NCBI GenBank assembly: GCA_964434115.1
Contig: CAYSSX010000010.1
Coordinates: 17,795 to 81,794 of the forward strand
Length of the DNA stretch: 64,000 nt
DNA from: an uncultured bacterium
GTDB taxonomy: Bacteria; Omnitrophota; Omnitrophia; Omnitrophales; Aquincolibacteriaceae
Direction: 5' to 3'
Both the position numbers and the translations under genes were made by a program. Each line of letters begins with the position of its first letter. The first letter of the stretch is position 1. Below, piece by piece: positions 9,372 to 19,051 of this stretch. The notes beneath the pieces are model-generated. The model had not been told where the DNA came from. It did not search any database and was given only the letters and a program-made list of their open reading frames with translations.

Positions 9372-10096
9372 TGGATGTAATACCCGCCTCTTTTTTCCGG
9401 ATCCGCGAGCGCCGCTTGGAACCGGAACTCATGGATGACCTTTCGCTCGACGCGGAACTTCACCGCCAGGCGCTCAGGGGCCTTGAACGCATCAACGCCT
9501 TAAGCTTGACTGCGGAGACTTTTTGGAAACCGATAAAAGAATTTTATTTATCCGAAAAAAAACCCCTGCGGATCCTGGACATAGCCTCCGGCGCCGGCGA
9601 TATTCTGACCCGGCTTGCGTTGAAAACCCGCAAAGAAAACCTTCCCTTTGTTTTTGAAGGCTGTGATTTTAACTCCCAGGCCGTCGATTATGCAAACCAC
9701 CGCGCGAAAATCCGGAACCTCCCTGTTTCATATTTTCTCCACGATGCCTTAAGGGATCCCATGCCGGAAAGATTTGACATCGTAATCAACAGTCTTTTTC
9801 TTCACCACTTGTCCGAAGACGGGCTTGGGCAGTTTTTTAAAACACTTCATGCCTCACGGGCCCGGCTCCTGCTCATCTGTGATTTGAAACGCTCACGCGC
9901 GGGCCTGTCGCTTGCTTATTTAGGCACCCGTCTTTTGTCACGCTCCCGGATCGTTCACTGGGACGGCCCTCAATCCGTGCGTGCCGCCTTTACAACCGCT
10001 GAGATTCTTCAGTTTGTGGACTCCGCCGGACTTCCCAAGCCCCGGCTTCAGACCGTTTGGCCCCAGCGCTACTTACTGGCCTGGCACCGTTCATGA
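9368..10096 (+). CDS. Class I SAM-dependent methyltransferase
   Basis: Motif I ILDIASGAGDILTRLA, post-I acidic residue and motif II/III spacing. Translationally coupled to flanking genes. Confidence 0.75.
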   Translation: MMDVIPASFFRIRERRLEPELMDDLSLDAELHRQALRGLERINALSLTAETFWKPIKEFYLSEKKPLRILDIASGAGDILTRLALKTRKENLPFVFEGCDFNSQAVDYANHRAKIRNLPVSYFLHDALRDPMPERFDIVINSLFLHHLSEDGLGQFFKTLHASRARLLLICDLKRSRAGLSLAYLGTRLLSRSRIVHWDGPQSVRAAFTTAEILQFVDSAGLPKPRLQTVWPQRYLLAWHRS

Positions 10097-11274
10097 GTTT
10101 CTCATCCACCCTGCCAAAACCCGCCGAAAACACCCCGCCCAAAGATCTTGCTCAAAAACTTTGGGATTTTATTATTATTGGCGCGGGTCCCGCGGGTTCC
10201 ATGGCGGCTTATGAACTTTCCAAATTCAACCGCAGCATTCTTATGGTGGATCAAGCGGAATTTCCGAGGCTCAAGGTTTGCGGCGGATGTCTCAGCCGCC
10301 GGGCCCTTCAAATCCTCAAACACGCGGGACTCGGGGATCTTTCGGGAAGGCTTGGCGCAAAAAAACTCCGCGAGGTCCGTCTTTTTTCAGAAGGAAAATC
10401 CGTATCCCTTACAATTCCAGAAGGCGCGGGCCTTTCCCGTGAACGTCTGGATTCGGCCCTCGCAGCGGAAGCCATCAAAAGAGGCGCTGTTTTCTTGGAC
10501 AAAACCAAAGGCCGTTTTGACCGGGTTGAGGAAGGTTCAGCTTATGTGCATCTCACCCGCCCCGAAGGCGGAATCGAAGTCCGTGCTCAAATGGTTTTGC
10601 TCTGCGGCGGGCTTTCCGGAACAGCGTCAGGCCTGAAGGTTTCTGAGCGGGCTTTGCCTGCCAAAGATTCGCTCATCGGAATTTCAGCGGTCCTGCCTTC
10701 TTCCGCCCTGAGCGTGGAAGAAGGCGTTATTACCATGCTCTGCGCGGACGAAGGCTATGCCGGGATTACAAAAAGAGAAGACGATCAGCTGGACATTGCC
10801 GCAGCCATACAGCCTTCGTTTTTAAAGCGTTCGGGAACTCCGGGCCGGTGTCTTGAGCAGGTCTTTTCGCAAAACGGTTTCGCGGTTCCTGAAGGGCTTC
10901 ACACCGCGGCCTGGCACGGGACACAGCCCCTCACGCATTCCCAAAAAAAAGTTTCGGCGCCCCGCTGTTTTATTCTGGGAGATGCTTCGGGTTATGTCGA
11001 ACCTTTCACGGGTGAGGGCATGACCTGGGCGCTTCTTCAAGCCAGGGATTTTGCGGCACTGCTTGAAAGCCGCGGGTTTGAATGGGATGAATCCCTCATC
11101 AAAACATGGCAAAAGCGGCATCAACAGAAAATGGGCCTGAGGATGCGGGCCTGCCGCGTCATAACTTTGCTTCTTCGCTTTGCGTGGGCCAGAACAGCGG
11201 CCCTGAACACCCTGCGTGCGGCGCCCTGGCTCGCGGCCCCGCTAATCCGTTTTATTCATGGAGATTCTGAATGA
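10090..11274 (+). CDS. FAD-dependent oxidoreductase (geranylgeranyl-reductase/UbiH-like flavoprotein)
   Basis: Dinucleotide-binding motif IIIGAGPAGSMAAYEL near the N-terminus. ATG at 10090 overlaps the upstream stop (ATGA). The ORF track gives a longer alternative start at 10057. Confidence 0.7.
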   Translation, partial: FMSFSSTLPKPAENTPPKDLAQKLWDFIIIGAGPAGSMAAYELSKFNRSILMVDQAEFPRLKVCGGCLSRRALQILKHAGLGDLSGRLGAKKLREVRLFSEGKSVSLTIPEGAGLSRERLDSALAAEAIKRGAVFLDKTKGRFDRVEEGSAYVHLTRPEGGIEVRAQMVLLCGGLSGTASGLKVSERALPAKDSLIGISAVLPSSALSVEEGVITMLCADEGYAGITKREDDQLDIAAAIQPSFLKRSGTPGRCLEQVFSQNGFAVPEGLHTAAWHGTQPLTHSQKKVSAPRCFILGDASGYVEPFTGEGMTWALLQARDFAALLESRGFEWDESLIKTWQKRHQQKMGLRMRACRVITLLLRFAWARTAALNTLRAAPWLAAPLIRFIHGDSE

Positions 11275-12389
11275 AAAAAAAATCCCTTCCTAAAAAAAAC
11301 ACCTGCGTCCTTTCCGGCCTTGGGCTTTCCGTCCCGCGCCACGCCATGACGCAGAAAGAAACCGCGCTCACAGCCATCGGCCTGTCTTCCCGGGGCGATA
11401 AAGAAGTAAGCTTTCTCAAAATGCTTTACCATAAAACCAGAATTCAAAAGCGCGGCTCGGTTCTTTTTGAACGGCCCCAAGGATCTTCCAAAGCAGAACA
11501 AAACTTCTTCAAGCCCCGGAAGCATGACCTGGACCTCGGTCCGGGAACCCAAGAGCGCATGGCGGTTTTTGAAAAGAAGGCCTTTGAGCTGGCTTTACCC
11601 GCATGCCGAGCCGCGCTTCGCGCTGCCGGTTTAAAAGGTACGGCCATGACCCACCTTGTACTTGTGTCCTGCACGGGCTTTTCTTCCCCGGGCCTTGACC
11701 TTGCTTTGATCCGGAAGCTCCCGCTGAGCCTGGATATTGAGCGGGCGCAAATCGGCTTCATGGGCTGTCACGGGGCGGTTAACGGAATGCGGGTCGCGCA
11801 CGCTTTGGCCGAACAAAACCCAAAAAACAAAGTTTTGCTGATCGCGGTTGAGATTGCCTCCATTCATTACGCCTACGGACGGGGCACGGACTCTCTCGTG
11901 GCGAATTCCCTTTTTGCGGATGGCGCCGCGGCCTGCGTTCTCGCTTCCCGGAAACCCTCTTCCAAAGATTGGACGTTGAAAGCCACGGGGTCTTTTTTCT
12001 TTCCCGGGTCAGAAGATGCTATGTCCTGGAAAATCGGTAACCATGGTTTTGAAATGCGCTTGTCCGCGCAGGTCCCCGGGTTGATTGAATCAGGTTTGAA
12101 AGACCCCGTGCGCAAGTGGCTGAAAAAGGCGGGGCTGGATTTAAAAGATATCAAAACGTGGGCGATTCATCCGGGCGGCCCCAAAGTCCTGGATGCCGCG
12201 GAAAGAGGGCTGTCTTTACCTGAAAACTCTCTCAGCACGTCCCGGCTCATCCTCAGGGATCATGGGAATATGTCTTCTCCCACACTGCTTTTTATTATTG
12301 ACCGCCTGAAGCGCTCCGGAGCCCCGCTGCCGTGCGCAGCGCTGGCTTTCGGGCCCGGGCTTGTCACGGAAGCGGCCCTGTTTGTTTAG
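11271..12389 (+). CDS. Type III polyketide synthase (chalcone/stilbene synthase family)
   Basis: The Cys-His-Asn triad context is conserved: MGCHGAVNGMRVA (active Cys), WAIHPGGPKVLD (His), DHGNMSSPTLLF (Asn). Length 372 aa. Start overlaps the upstream stop. Confidence 0.8.
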   Translation: MKKKSLPKKNTCVLSGLGLSVPRHAMTQKETALTAIGLSSRGDKEVSFLKMLYHKTRIQKRGSVLFERPQGSSKAEQNFFKPRKHDLDLGPGTQERMAVFEKKAFELALPACRAALRAAGLKGTAMTHLVLVSCTGFSSPGLDLALIRKLPLSLDIERAQIGFMGCHGAVNGMRVAHALAEQNPKNKVLLIAVEIASIHYAYGRGTDSLVANSLFADGAAACVLASRKPSSKDWTLKATGSFFFPGSEDAMSWKIGNHGFEMRLSAQVPGLIESGLKDPVRKWLKKAGLDLKDIKTWAIHPGGPKVLDAAERGLSLPENSLSTSRLILRDHGNMSSPTLLFIIDRLKRSGAPLPCAALAFGPGLVTEAALFV

Positions 12390-12574
12390 TCTTCCGCTTC
12401 AGCGCTGAAATCGACGACTTCATCATCTTCAAAAGCCAGGCGGATGTGAATCGGTTTGCAGCAGACTTCGCAATCGTGGATAAAATCCTGCTTCTGCCCC
12501 GCCGTGGCATCAAGGCGGACCGCGAGTCCCTCCCCGCAGTAAGGGCATTCGAATTCAAAATCATTTTCAAGCAT
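12386..12574 (-). CDS. CPXCG-motif cysteine-rich small protein (zinc-ribbon-like)
   Basis: 62 aa. Contains ECPYCGE...HDCEVCCKP followed by an acidic tail. Overlaps the PKS stop convergently by 4 nt. Confidence 0.5.
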   Translation of the reverse strand: MLENDFEFECPYCGEGLAVRLDATAGQKQDFIHDCEVCCKPIHIRLAFEDDEVVDFSAEAED

Positions 12575-12875
12575 CTTCGGCGCCTTTTGCAGGCCTGCTG
12601 AGCCAGCGGATCAAAATCAGGGTTACTTTTCCGACCAGCCAAATAAAAAAAAGAAGCAGCAGGATCCCGACAAGAATTCTCAGAAAAAAACCAAGAACCA
12701 GAAAAAGCGGCAAAAGTAAAATTCCCAGCACCGACAGAATAGAGATCAGGGCCAGCACCAGCAGCCCCACGAAAAATGCAAGCATGAACACCTCCACACA
12801 AAAAGTTAAAAAATTCGCTCCTTCACAGCATACCTTAAAAAAAACTTTTTTTAGGACGTCTTTTAATTCCGGCAA
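12567..12875 (-). CDS. Small hydrophobic membrane protein (hypothetical)
   Basis: Three predicted TM stretches (LLVLALISILSVLGILLLPLFLVLGFFLRILVGILLLLFFIWLV). No recognisable family. Confidence 0.35.
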   Translation of the reverse strand: MPELKDVLKKVFFKVCCEGANFLTFCVEVFMLAFFVGLLVLALISILSVLGILLLPLFLVLGFFLRILVGILLLLFFIWLVGKVTLILIRWLSRPAKGAEDA

Positions 12876-12889
12876 AAGAATCTAGAAGA

Positions 12890-13204
12890 TTGTGCCCAAG
12901 CATCATTTATGCTAGCGTGATCATGTTCAAAAGGAGGTTTTCCATGAAACCGAATATGGGTTTGACTCAAAGAAAAGTCCGGAAAATTCTGGGGGCTGTC
13001 ATTATGCTGGCAAGTTTGCTTGCTCATAATGGGATTTTAGCGATCATCGGAGGCATTCTGTTTATTTCAGGAGTCATAGGTTACTGCCCCCTTTGCAGCA
13101 TCGGCAAAGGCTCTTGCGGCACCCAGGACGGGGCCTGTCACGACAATACCCCGAAAACAGAAGAACCTAAAAAAGACGGCGGCTGCTGCGGCGGCACGCA
13201 CTAA
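12890..13204 (+). CDS. DUF2892 (YgaP-like) membrane protein with a Cys-rich tail
   Basis: The region AVIMLASLLAHNGILAIIGGILFISGVIGYCPLCS resembles the DUF2892 two-helix hairpin. A C-terminal CCGG motif follows. Confidence 0.45.
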   Translation: MCPSIIYASVIMFKRRFSMKPNMGLTQRKVRKILGAVIMLASLLAHNGILAIIGGILFISGVIGYCPLCSIGKGSCGTQDGACHDNTPKTEEPKKDGGCCGGTH

Positions 13205-13215
13205 CTCCAGCCTTT

Positions 13216-13497
13216 TCAGGACGCTCCCTTTTCCTGAAGCGCTTCTTGTTTTCTTTTCCTCAAGAGCGCTTCGGGAACAGCGTCCTTCTTAATACTCTCC
13301 ACTTCAGTGATTGAAATCCACCGCGGGTTTTCCTGTTCATTTCCGGGAACAAAATAAAGTGTTGTTTCCCCCTGCGCCCCGATATGACCTTTGAGGACAC
13401 TGCCGTCCTTCATATGGATTTCATCCGCGAAAGCTTCCAGCGGCCCCTGGAAACATAGAAACGTGAGCAGCACAGGCACTAAATACAATCTTTTCAT
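13216..13497 (-). CDS. Small secreted protein (hypothetical)
   Basis: Signal peptide MKRLYLVPVLLTFLCFQGPLEAFA. 93 aa. Confidence 0.4.
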   Translation of the reverse strand: MKRLYLVPVLLTFLCFQGPLEAFADEIHMKDGSVLKGHIGAQGETTLYFVPGNEQENPRWISITEVESIKKDAVPEALLRKRKQEALQEKGAS

Positions 13498-14246
13498 GAC
13501 CGCCGCTTTCCTTCCGGTCCTTTTAAAAACGAATCAAAAAATGCAGGCCTCTCGGACACAAACACCATTTCTTTTCCGCTTACGGGGTGGATGAAAGTCA
13601 ATCCTGACCCATGCAGCAAAAGCCTTTCGGACTTCACAACGCGCCGCATGCCTTCACGCCAGCCATGGCGGATATACTGATCAAAAACACGCTCATCAAT
13701 GTAAATTTTATCGCCGAGCACGGGATGTCCGGTAAATGAGAAGTGCGCCCGGATCTGATGCTTGCGCCCGGTTTCAGGTTTCACTTGGACAAGCGCCGCT
13801 TCAGGGCCCTGCTTCAAAACTTCATAATGGGTCACCGCGGTCTCGCCTTCGGGATCAGGCTTTCTCAGGTGGAGTGAACGGCGGTGCACGGTCCCGAGCT
13901 TGATGGAAATCGTTCCCTTCTGCGGTTTGGGAACACCCAGCACCACGGCCAGATACTCTTTTTTCACTTGGCGCTTTTCGAAAAGAACCCCAAGCTTCCC
14001 GGCCATCTCTGAAGACTTGGCCACAATCACAAGGCCGCTGGTCTCAGAGTCCAGACGGTTCACGATTCTGAACCCTCCGGCTTCCGCAGGGCGGTCTTTC
14101 CGGAGAAGGCTGAGCAGGTTTTTCTCTGTAAATCTTCCCACGGGATGAACCGGCAGGGGTGCGGGCTTCTCCACAATGAGAAAACTCTCATCGTCATAAA
14201 GAATTTTGTACCCAGTCTCGACGTGAAGGTCGTCTTCGCTGCGCAT
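13494..14246 (-). CDS. RluA-family pseudouridine synthase
   Basis: Catalytic-Asp motif VNRLDSETSGLVIVAKS. Family-typical length of 250 aa. Confidence 0.8.
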   Translation of the reverse strand: MRSEDDLHVETGYKILYDDESFLIVEKPAPLPVHPVGRFTEKNLLSLLRKDRPAEAGGFRIVNRLDSETSGLVIVAKSSEMAGKLGVLFEKRQVKKEYLAVVLGVPKPQKGTISIKLGTVHRRSLHLRKPDPEGETAVTHYEVLKQGPEAALVQVKPETGRKHQIRAHFSFTGHPVLGDKIYIDERVFDQYIRHGWREGMRRVVKSERLLLHGSGLTFIHPVSGKEMVFVSERPAFFDSFLKGPEGKRRS

Positions 14247-15295
14247 CAGGCCTTCAGGGTTTTGATGTCGATCACAAAACGGTATCGGACATCCGCCTTA
14301 ATCGTGCGCTCGTAGGCTTCATTGACTTTTTGGATTGGAATGATTTCAACTTCGGGGAGAATATTTTTCTGGGCGCAGTAATCAAGCATTTCCTGGGTTT
14401 CCTTGATGCCGCCGATCAAAGAAGCAGCCAGCTTCCGGCGTTTCATAATCAGGGAAAAGGCGTGGACCTCAGCGGGTTTATCCGGAACCCCGACCAGCGC
14501 CAGCGTTCCATCCCTGCGGAGAAGATTAAGGTACGTATTCAAATCATGGGGCGCGGAAACCGCGTCCAGAATAAAATCAAACGTATTGGCCAGTGGTTCA
14601 AAAACTTTCGGGTCTTTCGTCACCACAAAACTTTCGGCACCAAAAGCCTTGGCATCCGCTTCCTTTGCCTTGGAAGTGCTGAACACCGTCACCCTTGCGC
14701 CCATGGCCGCGGCAAACTTAACGCCCATATGTCCCAGCCCGCCCATTCCGACAACGCCGACTTTCTGTCCCGCCGCCACCTTAAAATGCCTCAGGGGCGA
14801 ATAGGTTGTGATGCCCGCGCAAAGAAGCGGAGCCACTTTTTCCAGCGGAAGTTTCGGGGAAACTTTCAGCACGTAATTTTCATCCACCACAATCTGCGTG
14901 GAGTAGCCGCCGAAGGTGGGCGTCTTCTGATCTTTCTCCGTGCTGTTGTAAGTAAAAGAAATGTGTCCGTCGCAGTACTGCTCAAGTCCGTCTTTGCAGT
15001 TTCCGCATTGCCGGCAGGAGTCCACGAAACACCCCACGCCCACAGCGTCTCCGGCTTTAAAGCGCGTGACCTTGGAACCCGCGCGCACCACGCGTCCCGC
15101 GATTTCATGCCCGGGCACCATGGGGTACGTCGCGTTCTGCCACTCATTTCTCGCCTGGTGAATATCCGAGTGGCAAATGCCCGCGTAAAGAATTTCGATA
15201 AGAACATCGTATTCTCCCGGCTCCCTGCGTTCAAAAGCAAACGGTTCGAGTTTGGAAGCGGCAGTCTGGACGGCATAGCCCTGGGTCTTAAGCAT
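14246..15295 (-). CDS. Zinc-type NAD(P)-dependent alcohol dehydrogenase (YahK/cinnamyl-ADH like)
   Basis: Motifs GICHSDIH...GHEIAGRV plus the structural-Zn Cys cluster CRQCGNCKDGLEQYC and Rossmann GVVGMGGLGH. Confidence 0.8.
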   Translation of the reverse strand: MLKTQGYAVQTAASKLEPFAFERREPGEYDVLIEILYAGICHSDIHQARNEWQNATYPMVPGHEIAGRVVRAGSKVTRFKAGDAVGVGCFVDSCRQCGNCKDGLEQYCDGHISFTYNSTEKDQKTPTFGGYSTQIVVDENYVLKVSPKLPLEKVAPLLCAGITTYSPLRHFKVAAGQKVGVVGMGGLGHMGVKFAAAMGARVTVFSTSKAKEADAKAFGAESFVVTKDPKVFEPLANTFDFILDAVSAPHDLNTYLNLLRRDGTLALVGVPDKPAEVHAFSLIMKRRKLAASLIGGIKETQEMLDYCAQKNILPEVEIIPIQKVNEAYERTIKADVRYRFVIDIKTLKA

Positions 15296-15358
15296 AAGGA
15301 CGCTCCTTTAGAATTCAATCGTGTAAAAAAATCCGTTAGATCATCTCTTTTTTGAAAT

Positions 15359-16570
15359 TTATTCCGCGGTCAAAACTTTTCCGAGTTCCGGGTTTTCAAG
15401 CAGGCTGCCATAATGAAACACCGCACATCCGCGGGCCCCTGAGACCGCACAGATTTCCCATTGCTTACGGAAAGTTTCCGGGGCTTCAAGAAGTTTATAA
15501 GCCCCAAGCCCGACATTGACCCTTTGAAAATCCTCGGCACGCGCCTTCGCGCCCATGATGTTTTCTTCAAGATCCAAAGGATCCACCGGGTAGCTCATCA
15601 TCGTAACAAAATCAACAAGACCATTTTCAATCCAGGAGGCCCAGTCCTGAAACGCCTCATGATAGGCCCTGGAATAAGGGGCGCATCCAGTGGTTGAAAA
15701 AATAATTCCGGGGTGCATCCCGCGGGCTTTCTTTGAAAGAAGCTCAACAAGTTCCGTCACCTGACGGCGCCGCCAGTCTTTCCAGCCCGGCGTGTACTCC
15801 TCAACGGTTTGAATGCCGCTGGCTTCACGGAAACGGGCCATGTTTTCTTCCGTATATCCGTAAAAAGGATGACTGTCCGGGTAGCGGATATAATCCATTT
15901 GAACTCCGTCCAGCGCGGGATAGGCCGTGATCAACTCCCCCATAATTTCCGACAGGTAGGAGCGGACCCTCTCATCGCTGGGTTCCAAAAAATACTGATG
16001 ATCAATCAGGTAATCTTCAATTTTGACCTTCTCCCCGGGCTTGCGGGTCAAAACACCGGGGCCGTATTTTTTCAAAATGGGCGCGTCCTGATTCGTGCTT
16101 AAACTCAAGAGGTTCATCCACGCGTGGACTTCTAGGCCGGCGGCGTGCGCTTCCTTGATCAAAAAGGCCAAGGGGTCTTCCCCGGTACTTTCCAGGGCTT
16201 TGCGGTAAGGCGAATCATCCGAGAGGTTTGAGGGAAACCAGGTTTGATCCGACCTGTAGACCTGAACAAAAAGTGTCTTCACACCCGCCTGTTTTGAAAA
16301 AGCCACAAGGTCCTTCATCGCCTGAAGGCTGGTGAGTGTCTGCGGGACCTGAATCACAGAAACAAAAAGCTCACGCTGGGGACGCTCGGAGGGATTCTGA
16401 GCCGCGGCAAGACCGGGCTTTAAAAAGGCAAGGCACGCGAGGAAGGCAAAAAAAAGGTTCTTCATAAAAGGCTTCGGCTCCTCGGGCATTTTAGGATAGT
16501 TAAGCCATGCGGGCAAGCGGCGGATGAGTGACAAAGCGCTGTGCCCTTCACCGGGGGAGGAGCAGTTCAA
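15359..16570 (-). CDS. Glycoside-hydrolase-like family 10 (GHL10/DUF4015) lipoprotein or secreted protein
   Basis: An internal start MKNLFFAFLACLAFLKPGLAAA (about nt 16465) gives a signal peptide. The body resembles family-10-like glycosyl hydrolases. Confidence 0.5.
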   Translation of the reverse strand: MNCSSPGEGHSALSLIRRLPAWLNYPKMPEEPKPFMKNLFFAFLACLAFLKPGLAAAQNPSERPQRELFVSVIQVPQTLTSLQAMKDLVAFSKQAGVKTLFVQVYRSDQTWFPSNLSDDSPYRKALESTGEDPLAFLIKEAHAAGLEVHAWMNLLSLSTNQDAPILKKYGPGVLTRKPGEKVKIEDYLIDHQYFLEPSDERVRSYLSEIMGELITAYPALDGVQMDYIRYPDSHPFYGYTEENMARFREASGIQTVEEYTPGWKDWRRRQVTELVELLSKKARGMHPGIIFSTTGCAPYSRAYHEAFQDWASWIENGLVDFVTMMSYPVDPLDLEENIMGAKARAEDFQRVNVGLGAYKLLEAPETFRKQWEICAVSGARGCAVFHYGSLLENPELGKVLTAE

Positions 16571-16576
16571 ATCCGT

Positions 16577-17644
16577 TTAGAGAACTTTGACCTTTTTCAT
16601 GGCCAGTTCAATGCGGTTAAGACCTTCTTCGATCAGCTTCACGTCCAGTGCGTAACTCAGGCGGATATGATCCGGCGCGCCGAACCATTCACCCAGGTAC
16701 GTAATCACTTTGTAGTCCTGATAAAGCACGGTCAGAAACTCGCGGGCATTTTTGCATTTGGGCAGGATATAAAACGCGCCTTCCGGACGCCACAGGTCAA
16801 AGCCCAGATCACAGAAGCCCTTATAAATGAAGTCACGCCGCTCGCGCCAGATCTGCTGCTGCTGAAGAATGTATTCCTTCGGAGCTTTCATTGCGGAAAG
16901 GGCCATGTCCTGCCCCACCAGGTTGGTGTTCATCGACGTATGGGTTTTCATCTCGCAGACATTTTCGACAATTGCCTTGTCCGCGCTCCACAGATACCCG
17001 ACGCGCACGCCGCACATGGCGTAAGTTTTCGAAAAGGAGTTTACAGTGATCACGTGATCGCCCTGAAGATGGTAATTCTCGCGCTCGTAAATCAGGTCTT
17101 TATAGACTTCATCCGAAACCACGTAAACGCCAAGCTCGGCCGTGATTTTTTCAATTTCTTTCAAGGTCGCGATATCTTCGACCCGGCCCGTGGGATTCGA
17201 CGGTGAATTGATCAGTACCGCGCGGCAGCCCTTCACCTTCTTCTTAAAATCGTTAATGTCGATGCGGCCGTCAATAAGGTCCGTGTAAACAGGCACCATG
17301 CCGGCGAGTTCGATGATCGGCGGGTAGGAATAATAGTAGGGTCTTGGCAAAAGGACTTTCTCGCCCTTGCCCCAGCCGCGGAAAATAAGGTCCAGGGCCT
17401 CGGAAGCGCCGTTGGTGATCACAAAATTTTCAGCCGTAGATCCCGGGTACTCGTGCGTGAGCGCCTCGCGCAGTTTAAGTTCGCCCTGGATCAAACCATA
17501 GCGGAGGTCCTTGCGAAGGTCGAGTCCCTCAAACGCTTCCTTAGGCGGCGGAAGGTCAGGCTGTCCGGATCCAAAACTGATGACACCATTGCCCTGCTTG
17601 CCGATAAAGTCAGCCGGGCTTTTCAAACGAAGAGTCTCTGCCAT
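16577..17644 (-). CDS. Class I/II PLP-dependent aminotransferase
   Basis: PLP-lysine context SFSKTYAMCGVRVGY. 355 aa. Confidence 0.8.
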   Translation of the reverse strand: MAETLRLKSPADFIGKQGNGVISFGSGQPDLPPPKEAFEGLDLRKDLRYGLIQGELKLREALTHEYPGSTAENFVITNGASEALDLIFRGWGKGEKVLLPRPYYYSYPPIIELAGMVPVYTDLIDGRIDINDFKKKVKGCRAVLINSPSNPTGRVEDIATLKEIEKITAELGVYVVSDEVYKDLIYERENYHLQGDHVITVNSFSKTYAMCGVRVGYLWSADKAIVENVCEMKTHTSMNTNLVGQDMALSAMKAPKEYILQQQQIWRERRDFIYKGFCDLGFDLWRPEGAFYILPKCKNAREFLTVLYQDYKVITYLGEWFGAPDHIRLSYALDVKLIEEGLNRIELAMKKVKVL

Positions 17645-17735
17645 AAAGAAGTCCTAGTGTAAGAAATAAAGGTGATGAAAAAGAGGCACTATTGTATCCG
17701 AATTTTACCGCCAGGCAATGGAAGAACTAACGCTT

Positions 17736-18572
17736 TTACCGGACAAGGCGGATCCCATCCTCATCAATGGAAATCAGTTGCTGCCTGAAAAGCCCTCCCA
17801 AGGCCTTTTTGAATGTCTTCTTGCTCATGTGAAACAATCCGTAAATCACTTCCGGCGAGGTCTTGTCCGTCAACGGAAGAAAGCCGCCCTGGGCTTTCAG
17901 CATGGCCATGATTTCATCGGAGATATCTTCCACTTTCATGGAACCCGGGGGGTTGAGCGAAAGGTCGAGCTTTCCGTCATCGCGGATATTTTTGATATAG
18001 CCCGTCCGGCGCGTGCCTCCCTTCAAAATCTCAAAAACTTCATGCTCCAGAATAAGCCCCCAATGCAGATCATTCACAATCGCACGCCACCCAAGATCGG
18101 TCCTGTTGCAGATCAGAAGAGAAACTTCCTGGCCGGCTTCGTAGTTGGCGGGCGTCCGGTCTAGAAACTTGTCCAGCTTCGTGGAAGCCACAATACGATT
18201 CGTGTATTCATCGAGATACGCCCGCACGGTCCGCCAGTCGCCGACCTGGAGGCGCTTTTTCTGCTGGTTGAACGGAAGAATTAAATCCTTGGAAAGTCCC
18301 CAATCCAAAAAAGCGCCGTAAGAATTCACCGCCACCACTTCAAGGTAGGCAAACTCTCCCACCATAACATAGGGCTTTTCGGTCGTGGCAATAATGCGGT
18401 CTTCGGAATCTTTATAAATGAACACATCCAGGGAATCGCCGACCTTCAGTCCTTCGGGGACATAGCGTATCGGCAGCAGGATCTTTTCAAAATCAATACC
18501 GCCTTCCAGATAAAACCCGAAGTCCACTTCCTTGACGACTTCAAGGTGGTTCATTCTTCCAATCTCAATCAT
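17736..18572 (-). CDS. cvfB: CvfB/YitL-family S1-domain RNA-binding protein
   Basis: Tandem S1-like repeats and C-terminal winged-helix layout. 278 aa. Confidence 0.65.
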   Translation of the reverse strand: MIEIGRMNHLEVVKEVDFGFYLEGGIDFEKILLPIRYVPEGLKVGDSLDVFIYKDSEDRIIATTEKPYVMVGEFAYLEVVAVNSYGAFLDWGLSKDLILPFNQQKKRLQVGDWRTVRAYLDEYTNRIVASTKLDKFLDRTPANYEAGQEVSLLICNRTDLGWRAIVNDLHWGLILEHEVFEILKGGTRRTGYIKNIRDDGKLDLSLNPPGSMKVEDISDEIMAMLKAQGGFLPLTDKTSPEVIYGLFHMSKKTFKKALGGLFRQQLISIDEDGIRLVR

Positions 18573-18583
18573 CGCGCGCCTTT

Positions 18584-19051
18584 TTATCTCAGGAACTGCT
18601 GATACGCCGCTACCGCCAGCTCATCACAGCGCTCATTCTCGGGGTGCCCGGTGTGTCCGCGGACATGCGTGAATTTAATTTTGTGCATTGTTACCAGCCG
18701 GTCGAGCTCCTGCCACAGGTCCAGATTTTTGACCGGTTTGTTCCCCGGAAGTTTCCAGCCCCGCATTTTCCATTTCGGCATCCACTCCGTCAGCCCCTGC
18801 CCCACATACTGGCTGTCGGTCACGATTTCAACGGAACTTGGTTTTTTCAGCGCCTTCAAACCTTCGATCACCGCCGTCATTTCCATACGGTTATTGGTGG
18901 TCTCGCGTTCTCCGCCCGAGTTTTCAACTTCTTTTCCAGATTTGGGATGCCGGAGAATATACGCCCATCCGCCCGGCCCGGGGTTGCCGCTGCAGCCGCC
19001 GTCAGTGAAAAGCACCACATCCGCCGACGGGTCCGAAGTTTTCGTTGTCAT
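18584..19051 (-). CDS. rnhA: Ribonuclease HI
   Basis: Active-site motifs DGGCSGNPGPGGWAYIL...TNNRMEMTAVIEGL...HTGHPENERCDELA. Confidence 0.85.
   Translation of the reverse strand: MTTKTSDPSADVVLFTDGGCSGNPGPGGWAYILRHPKSGKEVENSGGERETTNNRMEMTAVIEGLKALKKPSSVEIVTDSQYVGQGLTEWMPKWKMRGWKLPGNKPVKNLDLWQELDRLVTMHKIKFTHVRGHTGHPENERCDELAVAAYQQFLR

Noticed and set aside
14330-15355. Long antisense ORFs opposite well-supported genes. The 341-aa ORF at 14330..15355 is opposite the ADH. Similar cases are 24340..25512 opposite fbaB, 19306..19941 opposite ABC-F, 16541..17206 opposite the aminotransferase, 59267..60208 opposite the OMF, and 63429..63923 opposite the RND pump.
   Set aside because: Each is the mirror frame of a gene with strong family-level homology. 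GC-rich coding DNA produces long open antisense frames.
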